This document shows, piece after piece, positions 1-9,358 of a DNA stretch of 64,000 nt (the first letter of the stretch is position 1; each line of letters begins with the position of its first letter). The notes under the pieces were generated by a model. That model saw nothing but the letters and a program-made list of their open reading frames with translations, made no database searches and was not told where the DNA came from. Position numbers and translations under genes: made by a program. The stretch lies in NCBI GenBank assembly GCA_045633985.1, contig JAZQZI010000020.1:1442-65441 (forward strand). Reading direction: 5' to 3'. This DNA comes from Tidjanibacter sp. Its GTDB lineage: Bacteria; Bacteroidota; Bacteroidia; Bacteroidales; Rikenellaceae.

Positions 1-114
1 GGATTTATATATATTTTTGTAATTTTTTGCTTCGTTTTTTATCCCATTTGGGGTGGGGATAACAAAGTATATACGGATGAAAAGCGATTTTGTTTCAGGC
101 ACTTTGCATTTTTT

Positions 115-831
115 CTACTCTTGTGCTGTCGGAGCGGTCATTGCAGCCACAAGTTCGTCGAGTGGCCAGGCATCCTCCACGAGGTTGTCGCCACTTCGTG
201 TGCGGCGCAGAGCCGAGAGGTGGGCGCCACTGCCGAGTGCCTCGCCAATCTCTATGGCAAGCGAGCGAATATAGGTACCCTTGCTGCACCTCACCCTGAT
301 GCGCACCAGGGGTAGCGAGTACTCCACGATCTCCATCTCATAGATGTTAATCAGTGCACGTCGCATCTCCACCTGTTCACCCTCACGTGCATACTCATAG
401 GCCCTCTTACCATCAATCATCTTGGCCGAATAGACAGGAGGGGTCTGAAACCTCTCGCCCGAAAGCTGTCGGAGTGCCTCCTCCACCTTCTCACGAGTGA
501 TATGGTCGGTGGGGAAGGTGGCATCTATGGGGTGTTCGAGGTCGCCACTAGGGGTGGTAGCTCCGAGCACCACATCGGCAATGTACTCCTTCTCTCCCGC
601 CTGGAGCTCCTCAACACGCTTGGTGGCCTTGCCTATGCATACCAGCAGAACACCCGTAGCCAGGGGGTCGAGAGTTCCGGCGTGGCCAATCTTAATCTTT
701 GGATAGCCGAGCTTGCGGAGCAGGTATTTGAGTTTGCGGACCACATCGCTGCTGGTCCAGGTGAGTGGCTTATCGACCACCGCCACAACCCCCTCAGGGA
801 AGGGCATATCGTATGTAACAGTCTGACGCAT
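115..831 (-). CDS. truB: tRNA pseudouridine(55) synthase TruB
   Basis: 238-aa ORF with VDKPLTWTSSDVV and GHAGTLDPLATGVL (catalytic Asp motif) and a C-terminal PUA-like region. Confidence 0.9.
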   Translation of the reverse strand: MRQTVTYDMPFPEGVVAVVDKPLTWTSSDVVRKLKYLLRKLGYPKIKIGHAGTLDPLATGVLLVCIGKATKRVEELQAGEKEYIADVVLGATTPSGDLEHPIDATFPTDHITREKVEEALRQLSGERFQTPPVYSAKMIDGKRAYEYAREGEQVEMRRALINIYEMEIVEYSLPLVRIRVRCSKGTYIRSLAIEIGEALGSGAHLSALRRTRSGDNLVEDAWPLDELVAAMTAPTAQE

Positions 832-834
832 AGT

Positions 835-1629
835 TTAGAAGAAGTAGCTGCCAATGGAGATGAGTCCCACCACAAGGCAGTAGATGGCAAACCAAATAAG
901 TTTACCCTTATTGACAATGTTGAGCATAAATTTGCAAGCCAGGCAGCCCGACACAAAGGCGGTCACAAAGCCTACAGCCAGGGGCACGAGGCCCACACCG
1001 ATATTTGCCAAATCGCCACCCAGCAGGTCGAGCAACGACTCACCCAGGATGGGGAGAATGACCATCAGGAAGGAGAACTCAGCCACCACTGCCCTCTTAT
1101 TACCCAGAATAAGACCCGTGGCGATTGTGGTACCCGAACGGCTGAGGCCGGGCATAGTAGCCACTGCCTGTGCGCCGCCGATAATCATTGCATCGCCCCA
1201 CGAGATACTCTCCTTGCTGCGGGGTTTGGCATACTGTGCGAAGGTGAGCAGCAGGGCAGTCACCAGCAACATTGCGCCCACCACCAACATAACATAGTTG
1301 GAGGCCAGCATCTCATTGAACTTATCTTTCAGCAGGAATCCCACAATACCCACAGGTATCATCGAAGCTATAATCTTCAGTGCATAGGTCATATCGGGCC
1401 CCTTGCGGAAGGAGAAGAAACCCGTAAAAAGCCTCTTCACTGCGGGCCACAGCACAACGATGGTGCTCAACACGGTGGCAAAGTGGAGGATAACATCAAA
1501 GGCGATATTGTCGGTAAGCTCAACACCCAGAAGTTCCTTGGCAATCTGGAGGTGGCCGCTGCTACTGACGGGGAGGTACTCGGTAAGACCCTGCACAAGG
1601 CCGAGAATAAATGCTTCAATAATAGACAT
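835..1629 (-). CDS. uppP: undecaprenyl-diphosphate phosphatase (UppP/BacA)
   Basis: 264-aa polytopic membrane ORF with the N-terminal GLVQGLTEYLPVSSSGHL signature and a later PGLSRSG motif. Confidence 0.9.
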   Translation of the reverse strand: MSIIEAFILGLVQGLTEYLPVSSSGHLQIAKELLGVELTDNIAFDVILHFATVLSTIVVLWPAVKRLFTGFFSFRKGPDMTYALKIIASMIPVGIVGFLLKDKFNEMLASNYVMLVVGAMLLVTALLLTFAQYAKPRSKESISWGDAMIIGGAQAVATMPGLSRSGTTIATGLILGNKRAVVAEFSFLMVILPILGESLLDLLGGDLANIGVGLVPLAVGFVTAFVSGCLACKFMLNIVNKGKLIWFAIYCLVVGLISIGSYFF

Positions 1630-1656
1630 AGTTTTACTACTTTATTTTTGGGTTAA

Positions 1657-1929
1657 TTACTCATTGTTTGCTTTGGATTTGTGGAAGATGGAGTAGCCCA
1701 CCACGCCGAAGCCGGCAAGCACCACTGCGGGGGCCAGCACAATGCGACGCCACGAAAATATGGCCTCCGAGTCGAACACCGCAGGGTCGCCACTGCCGCC
1801 ACCTGCCATCAGCACAAAGCCCAAAATAATCACTACTACGCCAAGGAGCATCCACTTATAGTTCGCCCACGAAAAGACCATCTGCTCCTTTTCGGAGCCA
1901 TTGGGGGTCTGTTTTTTACTCTCTTTCAT
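1657..1929 (-). CDS. small two-TM membrane protein (DUF3098-like)
   Basis: 90-aa ORF with two hydrophobic helices. It sits between ftsX and uppP, as DUF3098 genes do in Bacteroidota. Confidence 0.6.
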   Translation of the reverse strand: MKESKKQTPNGSEKEQMVFSWANYKWMLLGVVVIILGFVLMAGGGSGDPAVFDSEAIFSWRRIVLAPAVVLAGFGVVGYSIFHKSKANNE

Positions 1930-1933
1930 ATCG

Positions 1934-2809
1934 TTAATACAAGTTTATCTTTGCACTATTCATATTTATAAACCTGCCGAGTGCCGCCGAGGTGAAGAGC
2001 ACCGAGAGGAGCACGCCGGCCACGAAAATGCCGCCGAAGATGATGGCCATAACCTCACCTCCCGACACCAGCACCACATAGGGCATACCCTCGCTCAGGG
2101 CCACAAGCATTCCCCAGAACATCAGCGAGGCGATGGCACCTGCGGCCAGACCCATCCAGAGACTGTCGGCCACAAAGGAGCGTTTGATAGTCCAGCTACT
2201 TGCGCCCACAAGTTTCATCGTGGAGATAATCTCCCTGCGGGAGAACACACTCATACGGATGGTGTTTTTGAGCAGCACGAGCGATATGAGGAGCAGCACG
2301 GCGCCAAAAATGACAAGCAGCAGTTTGAAGCGCCCCAGGTTGGCATCCATACTCTCCACCATACCCTGCTGGTAGATAACCTCATCCACCCCACCCCACT
2401 CGGTGATGTAGCCCTCCAGGCGTGCCACGAGTTCACGGGGCGACTCGCTGGCCGAGAGTTTCACCTCGAACGATGCGGGCAGGGGGTTGTAGTCCAAAAA
2501 CTCCTCAAAGTCGCCCCCGGCAAAGTTCCTAAAGTCGGCGGCTGCCTCACTCTTGGAGATGAACCTCACCTGGCGGACACCTTCCATATTTTTCAGTTTG
2601 AACTCGGTCTGCTCCACCACCTCCTGGGCGCACCCATCCTCCATCATCACATAGAGGGTCATACGCTCCTTGATGTTGTCCGTCGCCTTCGAGAGGTTCC
2701 AGATGATGTAGCCCACGCTGGCCACCAGGAAGAGCACAAGGGCTATGCTCACCGTGGAGATGGCATAGGAGCCTCGCACCTTGCGTCGTAAGTTTCGGTT
2801 TGCACTCAT
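1934..2809 (-). CDS. ftsX: cell division protein FtsX-like permease
   Basis: 291-aa ORF with an N-terminal TM helix, a large periplasmic loop and three C-terminal TM helices (FtsX/permease architecture). The conserved neighbourhood also fits. Confidence 0.75.
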   Translation of the reverse strand: MSANRNLRRKVRGSYAISTVSIALVLFLVASVGYIIWNLSKATDNIKERMTLYVMMEDGCAQEVVEQTEFKLKNMEGVRQVRFISKSEAAADFRNFAGGDFEEFLDYNPLPASFEVKLSASESPRELVARLEGYITEWGGVDEVIYQQGMVESMDANLGRFKLLLVIFGAVLLLISLVLLKNTIRMSVFSRREIISTMKLVGASSWTIKRSFVADSLWMGLAAGAIASLMFWGMLVALSEGMPYVVLVSGGEVMAIIFGGIFVAGVLLSVLFTSAALGRFINMNSAKINLY

Positions 2810-2818
2810 AATGCTCTA

Positions 2819-5263
2819 TTAATTTTCGTTTTTGTCACACTTCACACACTCTCTGCGGCGGCGCACAATACCCACCACGGCAGTTATGACCAGACCTCCC
2901 ACAATCACCAGCGAGAAGCAGAGAGTGATACCCTCCACAAGGTCGAAGGCGGGGGCCCTGAAGCGCCACTCAACGGTGTGACTGCCAGCGGGGAGCACCA
3001 TAGCCCTCAACAGATAGTCGGCCCTCAAATAGGGCATCTCACGACCATCCACATAGGCCGTCCAACCCTTATCGTAGTAAATCTCCGAGAAGACACAGAG
3101 GCCACCCTCCTCGGACTCGTAGCGATAAACGAGGTTATTGGGGCGATATTTCACAAGCTCGATGACACCGGACGAAAGGGTTACGCCCTCCAGCTCCCTT
3201 GCCGCCACGGCATCCATCACAGCCGTATAGTCGGTGGAAATCTCGCTGAGCCACCTCATCTCCTCCGAGGGCGACGAGGCTACCACAACCTCCTCCACAA
3301 ACCACGCAGGGCCATTAGCACCCTCATTGAGCATAGCCTTGGGGGTTGCCCCTTCTTCCTCTGCCACAATGAAGTACTTGGTGTTGAGCATATCGTAGGC
3401 CTCCATATTGCCCGCCAGCAGTTGGTGGTCTATGAGGTCTTGGTAGCGGGATAGTTTCGCACCGTGGTAGCCACCCACCGAGCGGTGGAAGTAACTGGTT
3501 GTAGCATCGTTAAAGGTGCTCACAGCCATATTGGCAACCCTATATCCGAGCTCCTTATCGGCCATAATCTCAAGGTTTGCCTCGGTGGGAAGAATCGTAG
3601 TCTTGGAGGGCTCCACAAAGTCGTCCCAGAAGAGGTAGCGACTATCCACCCCCACCATATCGAAGGTTACGATGGCACCCAGCAGCAGCAACATAATCCC
3701 TCGGCGCAGGCGACCTGCCGAGGTGTGCCACACAACAAGGGCAGAGAGGGTAACAAGAATGAGCGAGCGCAGAGCATCTGCCTCCAACATTGAAGCCCTC
3801 TCCATCTCCATTGCTGCCACCACATCGGCGGGAAGCCCCAACCTTGCGTCGTACGCAGCCGAGAAACTGAACATCTGGCCGCCCAACAGCCACAGCACAA
3901 GCGACACACCGCCCACAATACCTGCGGCCCAGGCTATACCACGAGTAATCTCGGAGCGCTCATAGTCACCCCTCCAGATGCGCCACAGCACCAATGCTCC
4001 GAGCAGGGGCACGCTCCACTGCACCACAACAAGCGCCGTCGATACGGCCCTAAACTTGTCGTAGGCAGGCAATATCTTAAACATCAACTCCGTGAACCAC
4101 ATAAGGTTGGAGCCCCACGCCAGCAACACCGCAAAGATGCTCACCGCCAGCAGCCACCACTTCTCCCTACCCTTCAGCAGGAACAATCCGAGCACCGCAA
4201 GGAAGAGTGCCGAGGCTCCGAGGTAGGTGGGGCCGGCAGTTCCGGGCTGGTCGCCCCAATAGGTGGGGAGCATACGGGCCAAATTGCGGGCACCATAGGG
4301 GCGCAGAGCATCGGCCACCTCGCCATCCTGTGAGAAACCACCCGACGAGGAGCCTCCCATAAGGTTAGGAATCAGCATATTGAGGCTCTCGGTGCGACCA
4401 TAGCTCCACGCAGTGGCATAGGCCAAGTCGAGGCCATTTACCTCCTCTGCCCCACTCTTCTCGGCCGCCATCACACTGCCGCCACGGGTGGTGTCGGGCT
4501 GGTGTTGTGCCGTATAATAAAGCGACGAGAGGTTGGCACCCACAGCCACCACCGCCGAAGCAACGAGCACTGCCGTGGCCTTCGCAAAGCGACCCACCGT
4601 GCGCTCCCGGGCCGCCACCATAAGGCTGTTAATCCACACGGCGGCAATCACAAAGGCAAAGTAATAGGTTATCTGGGGGTGGTTGGCACCAATCTGGAGT
4701 GCCGCAAAGAGCGCCGTAAGCAATCCACCAAGCACCATACGTCTTCCCCGAAGGGTGTAAACCACGCCACCCACAAGCAGTGGCGCATAGGCAAAGGCAA
4801 ACATCTTGGTGATGTGGCCAGCCCCGATAATCAGAATAGAATAGGTGGAAAAACCGTAGGCTATGGCAGGAACAATGGCTACCAGAGGGTTCATACCCCA
4901 CAGTAGCAACATAACCCAGAAGCCTACCAAAGCCAGAAAAATGAGCACCGCAGGGCGCCCGAAAGCGTTGGCCAAATCGGTTGACCAATTCTTTATCAGC
5001 ATCGAGGGGTACTCGATGTTAATCATATAAGCGGGCATACCTCCGAAGGCATTACCCGTCCACTGTGGGTCTTCGCCCTCAGCCTGCATCTGCTTGATAT
5101 CCCGACTCATACCCTCATATTGGGTGATGTCGCCCATAGAGAGTTCGAGCCCCTCCATCTGGGGGGCGAAGTAGAAGAGCGAGAGTGCCAAAAAGAGCAC
5201 CACAGCACCCACATAGGGCACCCAACTCTTCATCATATCTTTGAGATTTTTTTTCATCATCAT
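2819..5263 (-). CDS. YfhO family membrane protein (putative glycosyl-transfer accessory)
   Basis: The ORF-track entry 2819..5278 starts at a TTG. The first ATG is at 5263 (MMMKKNLKD...). The product has many TM helices and a large C-terminal extracytoplasmic domain, as in YfhO-family proteins. Confidence 0.7.
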   Translation of the reverse strand: MMMKKNLKDMMKSWVPYVGAVVLFLALSLFYFAPQMEGLELSMGDITQYEGMSRDIKQMQAEGEDPQWTGNAFGGMPAYMINIEYPSMLIKNWSTDLANAFGRPAVLIFLALVGFWVMLLLWGMNPLVAIVPAIAYGFSTYSILIIGAGHITKMFAFAYAPLLVGGVVYTLRGRRMVLGGLLTALFAALQIGANHPQITYYFAFVIAAVWINSLMVAARERTVGRFAKATAVLVASAVVAVGANLSSLYYTAQHQPDTTRGGSVMAAEKSGAEEVNGLDLAYATAWSYGRTESLNMLIPNLMGGSSSGGFSQDGEVADALRPYGARNLARMLPTYWGDQPGTAGPTYLGASALFLAVLGLFLLKGREKWWLLAVSIFAVLLAWGSNLMWFTELMFKILPAYDKFRAVSTALVVVQWSVPLLGALVLWRIWRGDYERSEITRGIAWAAGIVGGVSLVLWLLGGQMFSFSAAYDARLGLPADVVAAMEMERASMLEADALRSLILVTLSALVVWHTSAGRLRRGIMLLLLGAIVTFDMVGVDSRYLFWDDFVEPSKTTILPTEANLEIMADKELGYRVANMAVSTFNDATTSYFHRSVGGYHGAKLSRYQDLIDHQLLAGNMEAYDMLNTKYFIVAEEEGATPKAMLNEGANGPAWFVEEVVVASSPSEEMRWLSEISTDYTAVMDAVAARELEGVTLSSGVIELVKYRPNNLVYRYESEEGGLCVFSEIYYDKGWTAYVDGREMPYLRADYLLRAMVLPAGSHTVEWRFRAPAFDLVEGITLCFSLVIVGGLVITAVVGIVRRRRECVKCDKNEN

Positions 5264-5401
5264 TTTCTCGTTAGCCAATAATGCGCCAATATAACTGACA
5301 AATATACAACGAAGAATTGGAAATTGAAAATTGAGAGTTTAAAGTTGAGAGTGATTTGGGTGTTTGGGGGTATTTTGGGTGTTTTGGAATGCCCCCCAGA
5401 A

Positions 5402-5611
5402 CTCCTATTACTCCTATTACTCCTATGCTCTACCCCAAATAGGAATTATGGGAGTTATAAGAGTTATAGGAAATTTTGAATTTTAATCCCCCTTTGGGGG
5501 CTTTTAATTGCTCCCGCTCGGTAAAGTCTGCAAGCAGCCTTTGCTCTCGCTTACTCGCAATTTTGAATTTTGAATTTTGAATTTTGAATTTTCTAATAGC
5601 CCCATACACCC
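5402..5611 (+). repeat. composite intergenic element, copy a
   Basis: Layout: CTCCTATTA x3, a loop, ATAGGAGTT-like x4 (an inverted 9-mer array), a core with two hairpins (5488-5500 and 5523-5542), AATTTTG x4-5 (5559-5593), then the tail CTAATAGCCCCATACACCC. The core aligns to copies at 34252-34336 and 54326-54412 on the opposite strand. A TTTGGGTG-like tract lies at about 5355-5397. Confidence 0.85.
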
Positions 5612-5799
5612 TATAAAAGTTTTCGGGCTTGCCCAGCAAGCCCGCGACGGTAGTCGGTCGTCGGTTGGCGGTAGACGTAAAAAGCACAGATTGTCGAAGG
5701 GATTTTGTGCCAAACAAGAAGGCAGCTCCGGAGTTTGCAAACGCAAATGAGGAAGCTGCCTACCGCAGTTTGGTGCAAAATTCACCGACAATTCGCCCG

Positions 5800-5837
5800 A
5801 AAATAAAAAGTTTGGGATACCTCACGGTATCCCAAAC
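5800..5837 (-). terminator. intrinsic terminator with no upstream gene on its strand
   Basis: Perfect 12-bp stem GTTTGGGATACC/GGTATCCCAAAC with loop TCAC. On the minus strand it is followed by CTTTTTATTTT. Confidence 0.6.
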
Positions 5838-5925
5838 CCCCCAACTTAAAATACTGATTATGAAAGAATCACTAAAACAACTATTTGCGTTAAACAAATG
5901 CTTGCTTTACGCCAACCATTGCTTT
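5800..5925 (-). ncRNA. candidate small RNA (orphan promoter-to-terminator unit)
   Basis: On the minus strand there is a -7 box TACTTTTG (5932-5939) and a TTTG (5960-5963) 20 nt upstream of it. About 125 nt downstream lies the 5800-5837 terminator. There is no ORF longer than 9 codons in between, and an internal hairpin lies at about 5887-5912. Confidence 0.3.
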
Positions 5926-5931
5926 GCAGAA

Positions 5932-5963
5932 CAAAAGTAAGTAAAATTTTCTCAACTTCCAAA
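5932..5963 (-). promoter_or_regulatory. Bacteroidota-type promoter (-33 TTTG / -7 TAnnTTTG)
   Basis: The reverse complement of 5932-5939 is TACTTTTG. The reverse complement of 5960-5963 is TTTG. The spacer is 20 nt. Confidence 0.45.
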
Positions 5964-6047
5964 CCTTTTATCAAAAAAAGCAATTATATTTGTATTGGAG
6001 TTATATCCAGATATTTTGTATAGGTAATTTAGAACATTTTTGGAAAT

Positions 6048-7097
6048 ATGAGCGATAAGAAGAGTGACTACAACCCTTCGGACGTGGGTTGCAGCAATGG
6101 CAACTATTTCGGTATGCCCTTCACTACCGAGGAGGCGGAGTTGGTATTGGTGTCTATACCCTGGGGTGTCACAGCCTCCTATGGCGGTGGCCAGAGCTAC
6201 GGCCCCGACGCCATTATTGGAGCCTCTGTGCAGCTCGACTTCTACGACCCTGTGAGCCCCAACCAGTGGAGGAGGGGTATTGCAACGGCACCCATCGACT
6301 ACTCCATTCAGGATAGCGATGCACTACTGAGGCACGACGCCGAGAAGGTTATCAAGTTCTTGGAGGAGGGTGGTACCATCTTCGAACAGTCGATGGTTTC
6401 GACCCGCCGTTCGAGGGTCAATATGGGCTCGGCGGAGCTCAACTGCAAGGTGAAAGAGCAGGCGGCAGCGTGGCTCGACAAGGGCAAACTTGTGGGCCTT
6501 GTGGGCGGCGACCACAGCACCCCGCTGGGTTATATTGAGGCGCTGGCCGAGAGGCACGAGAGCTTCGGAGTGCTCCACATCGACGCCCACGCCGATTTAC
6601 GCAAGTGGTATGAGGGTTTCCGCTACTCCCACGCATCGATTATGTACAATGTGATGGAGAGTGCGCCCCAGGTATCGAAACTTGTGCAGGTGGGAATTAG
6701 GGACTACTGCGACGAAGAGGTGGAGTATGCAGCCTCGCTGGGTGGCAGGGTTGTTCAGTTTGACGACTACCTGCTGGCAGCCGAGAGGTTTGAGGGTTCC
6801 ACGTGGGCCGAGCAGTGCCGCAAGATTGTGGCCGAGCTGCCCGAGAAGGTCTATGTGAGTTTCGACATCGACGGTTTGGCGGCCGACCTCTGCCCCGGCA
6901 CGGGCACCCCTGTGGCGGGCGGTTTGACCTTCCACCAGGCCGTATATCTGCTGAATGAGGTTGTCAAGAGTGGCAGGAGGATTATCGGTTTCGACCTTGT
7001 GGAGGTTGCTCCGAGCGACAAGGAGAGCGAGTGGGACGCAAATGTGGGCGCACGAATGCTCTTTAAATTGTGCGGACTCACACTAAAATCAAATTAA
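6048..7097 (+). CDS. arginase-family ureohydrolase (agmatinase/formimidoylglutamase-like)
   Basis: 349-aa ORF with the Mn-binding signatures GGDHS, HIDAHADLR and SFDIDGL. A TATATTTG -7 box lies at about 5986-5993. Confidence 0.8.
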   Translation: MSDKKSDYNPSDVGCSNGNYFGMPFTTEEAELVLVSIPWGVTASYGGGQSYGPDAIIGASVQLDFYDPVSPNQWRRGIATAPIDYSIQDSDALLRHDAEKVIKFLEEGGTIFEQSMVSTRRSRVNMGSAELNCKVKEQAAAWLDKGKLVGLVGGDHSTPLGYIEALAERHESFGVLHIDAHADLRKWYEGFRYSHASIMYNVMESAPQVSKLVQVGIRDYCDEEVEYAASLGGRVVQFDDYLLAAERFEGSTWAEQCRKIVAELPEKVYVSFDIDGLAADLCPGTGTPVAGGLTFHQAVYLLNEVVKSGRRIIGFDLVEVAPSDKESEWDANVGARMLFKLCGLTLKSN

Positions 7098-7183
7098 TTG
7101 AGTTATATTTGTGGCCGATTCTTCCGATTTAGAACAGAAAATCAAAAACAAAAACTAATACTAAACAAAAAACACAAACAACG

Positions 7184-7885
7184 ATGAAAAAATTTCTTAC
7201 TATTGCAGTAGCAGCTCTCGCAGCTCTCTCGATGACTTCGTGTGGTGGTTCGCGCGCTATGAAGAGCGACATCGACACCGTTTCGTATGCACTTGGTACC
7301 GACTTCGGTATGTCGCTCAAGAGGCTTATCGGCCAGATTGAGGGCGAGATGAATATGGACCTCTTCTACGCCGGTGTGGAGGATATCCTCAACGACAAAG
7401 CTGTTCTCGACCAGCAGGAGGCTTTCGCATTCCTTCGCAACTATATGAATGTCACCAACCCCCAGAAAGCTCTGGCTGCTTCGGAGGCTTACCTCGCAAA
7501 TATTGCCGAGAATGAGGGCGTGCAGAAGACCGAGAGCGGCCTTCTCTATGAGATTATCAGCGAGGGCGACGCCGAGAAAAAGGCTACTCTCGACACCGAC
7601 AAGGTGAAAGTTCACTACGAGGGTAAACTTCGCAATGGCGAGGTGTTCGACTCTAGCTACGAGCGTGGCGAGCCCGCAGAGTTCGCTCTCAACCAGGTTA
7701 TCAAAGGCTGGACCGAGGGTATGAAACTCGTAGGCGAGGGTGGCGAGATTAAACTCTGGATTCCCGCCAATATGGCTTATGGCGCTCGTGGTACCCGCGA
7801 TGGTTCCATCGGCCCCAACCAGGCTATTATGTTCACCGTGGAGCTTCTGGAGGTTATCCCCACCGAGCCCAAAGAGGAGAAATAG
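7184..7885 (+). CDS. FKBP-type peptidyl-prolyl cis-trans isomerase lipoprotein
   Basis: 233-aa ORF with a lipoprotein signal (LSMTSC) and the FKBP core VHYEGKLRNGEVFDSS...GWTEG...IPANMAYG. Confidence 0.85.
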   Translation: MKKFLTIAVAALAALSMTSCGGSRAMKSDIDTVSYALGTDFGMSLKRLIGQIEGEMNMDLFYAGVEDILNDKAVLDQQEAFAFLRNYMNVTNPQKALAASEAYLANIAENEGVQKTESGLLYEIISEGDAEKKATLDTDKVKVHYEGKLRNGEVFDSSYERGEPAEFALNQVIKGWTEGMKLVGEGGEIKLWIPANMAYGARGTRDGSIGPNQAIMFTVELLEVIPTEPKEEK

Positions 7886-8027
7886 TCCTGCCGCACACTG
7901 CGACAACGCTTTAGAAGGGGCGCACCAATATTTGGTGGGCCCCTTGTTTTGTGGGCCGAAAAAATGTAGTAACTTTGTAGGGTCTGCCCACGGCGACACA
8001 AAAAAAGGATTAAGCAATAACCCGAAT

Positions 8028-9290
8028 ATGAGCAACACCCCTCTTGCAGAACGACTCAGGCCACAGAGCCTCGACGAATATATAGGCCAGAGCCACCTGG
8101 TAGGCACCGATGGTGTCATACGCCGCTTTGTGGAGAGTGGCAACATCCCCTCGTTTATCCTGTGGGGCCCTCCGGGAGTGGGCAAAACGACCCTTGCCAA
8201 ACTTGTGGCCCTCTCGCTGGGGCGACAGATGTTCACCCTCTCGGCCATTGCAAGTGGGGTGAAGGAGGTGAGAGAGGTTATTGAGGCAGCCAAGAAGAGC
8301 CGATTTTTCAACTCGGGAGCCCCCATCCTCTTTATCGACGAGATTCACCGCTTCAACAAGGCACAGCAAGACTCGCTGCTGGGTGCCGTGGAGCAGGGGG
8401 TGTTTACTCTGATTGGTGCCACCACCGAGAACCCCTCGTTTGAGGTTATCACTCCCCTACTCTCGCGCTGTCAGGTCTATGTGCTAAAGGCTATGGACGA
8501 GAGTGAGCTCGGCGAGTTGCTCCAGAGGGCCATCACCACCGACAGTGAGCTGAAGGAGAGGGGCGTGAGGGTGGTGGAGACCCACGCCCTATTTGAGTTC
8601 TCGGGTGGCGATGCACGCAAGCTGCTCAACATTCTCGACATTATGGCAAGCGCCACCGAGGGGGAGATTGTCATTGACGACCAGAGGGTTACCGACTGTC
8701 TGCAACAAAACATTGCTCTCTACGACAAGGGGGGCGAGCAGCACTACGACATCATAAGCGCCTTCATTAAGAGTATCCGAGGGAGCGATCCCGACGCTGC
8801 TATCTACTACCTGGCACGTATGCTGGCCGGTGGTGAGGATGTGAAGTTCATCGCACGCAGGCTCGTTATTTCGGCCTCGGAGGATGTGGGACTCGCCAAT
8901 CCCAATGCACTGCTGCTGGCCAATGCCTGCTTCGACGCTGTGCACAAACTCGGTATGCCAGAGGCGAGAATTCCTCTGGCTGAAGCCACCGTCTATCTGG
9001 CCACAAGCCCCAAGAGTAATTCGGCATATATGGCAATAAATGAGGCACTTGCAATGGTGGGAAAGGACACAACCAATCGTCCAGTACCCCTCCACTTGCG
9101 CAATGCTCCCACCAAACTGATGGGCGAGCTGGGCTATGGCAAGGGCTACAAATATGCCCACGACTACGAGGGCCACTGGGTGGAGCAGGAGTTTATGCCC
9201 GCAGGGCTGGAGGGGCGTAAGTTCTACAAGCCACAGCACAAGCGTGAGCACGATGCAATGGCCTGGAAAGAGGTGTTAAAAAATAAGTAG
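8028..9290 (+). CDS. rarA: replication-associated recombination protein A (RarA/MgsA AAA+ ATPase)
   Basis: In-frame ATG at 8028 (MSNTPLAERLRPQSLDEYIGQ), Walker A GPPGVGKTT, and a C-terminal MgsA domain. The ORF-track start at 7740 overlaps the FKBP gene and is rejected. Confidence 0.9.
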   Translation: MSNTPLAERLRPQSLDEYIGQSHLVGTDGVIRRFVESGNIPSFILWGPPGVGKTTLAKLVALSLGRQMFTLSAIASGVKEVREVIEAAKKSRFFNSGAPILFIDEIHRFNKAQQDSLLGAVEQGVFTLIGATTENPSFEVITPLLSRCQVYVLKAMDESELGELLQRAITTDSELKERGVRVVETHALFEFSGGDARKLLNILDIMASATEGEIVIDDQRVTDCLQQNIALYDKGGEQHYDIISAFIKSIRGSDPDAAIYYLARMLAGGEDVKFIARRLVISASEDVGLANPNALLLANACFDAVHKLGMPEARIPLAEATVYLATSPKSNSAYMAINEALAMVGKDTTNRPVPLHLRNAPTKLMGELGYGKGYKYAHDYEGHWVEQEFMPAGLEGRKFYKPQHKREHDAMAWKEVLKNK

Positions 9291-9310
9291 AAACAGAGAG
9301 TCTGCACATA

Positions 9311-9344
9311 AAAAGGGGATGGCTATTTTTAGCCATCCCCTTTT
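9311..9344. terminator. bidirectional intrinsic terminator (rarA / LytTR gene)
   Basis: AAAAGGGGATGGCT-ATTTTT-AGCCATCCCCTTTT, with A and T runs on both sides, between convergent genes. Confidence 0.75.
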
Positions 9345-9358
9345 GCTATTAGGTTGCA

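Noticed and set aside
1-70. A G-rich TTTGGGGTGGGG tract and a short hairpin at the window start, considered as a partial further copy of the composite element.
   Set aside because: Only about 12 nt resemble the TTTGGGTG tract of copy a. The window edge prevents any assessment.
5430-5717. Short ORFs translated across the repeat elements (5430..5717, 5504..5791, 34117..34305, 54163..54468 and 51769..51993). They contain strings such as [16 protein letters not shown] or LLLSLPLLL.
   Set aside because: They are artefacts of reading tandem 7- and 9-nt repeats. Frame and strand are not conserved between copies, and the hairpin changes are compensatory at nucleotide level rather than synonymous at codon level.
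7740-8027. Upstream extension of rarA that overlaps the FKBP gene.
   Set aside because: It overlaps the 3' end of a well-supported gene. The canonical RarA N-terminus begins at the ATG at 8028.
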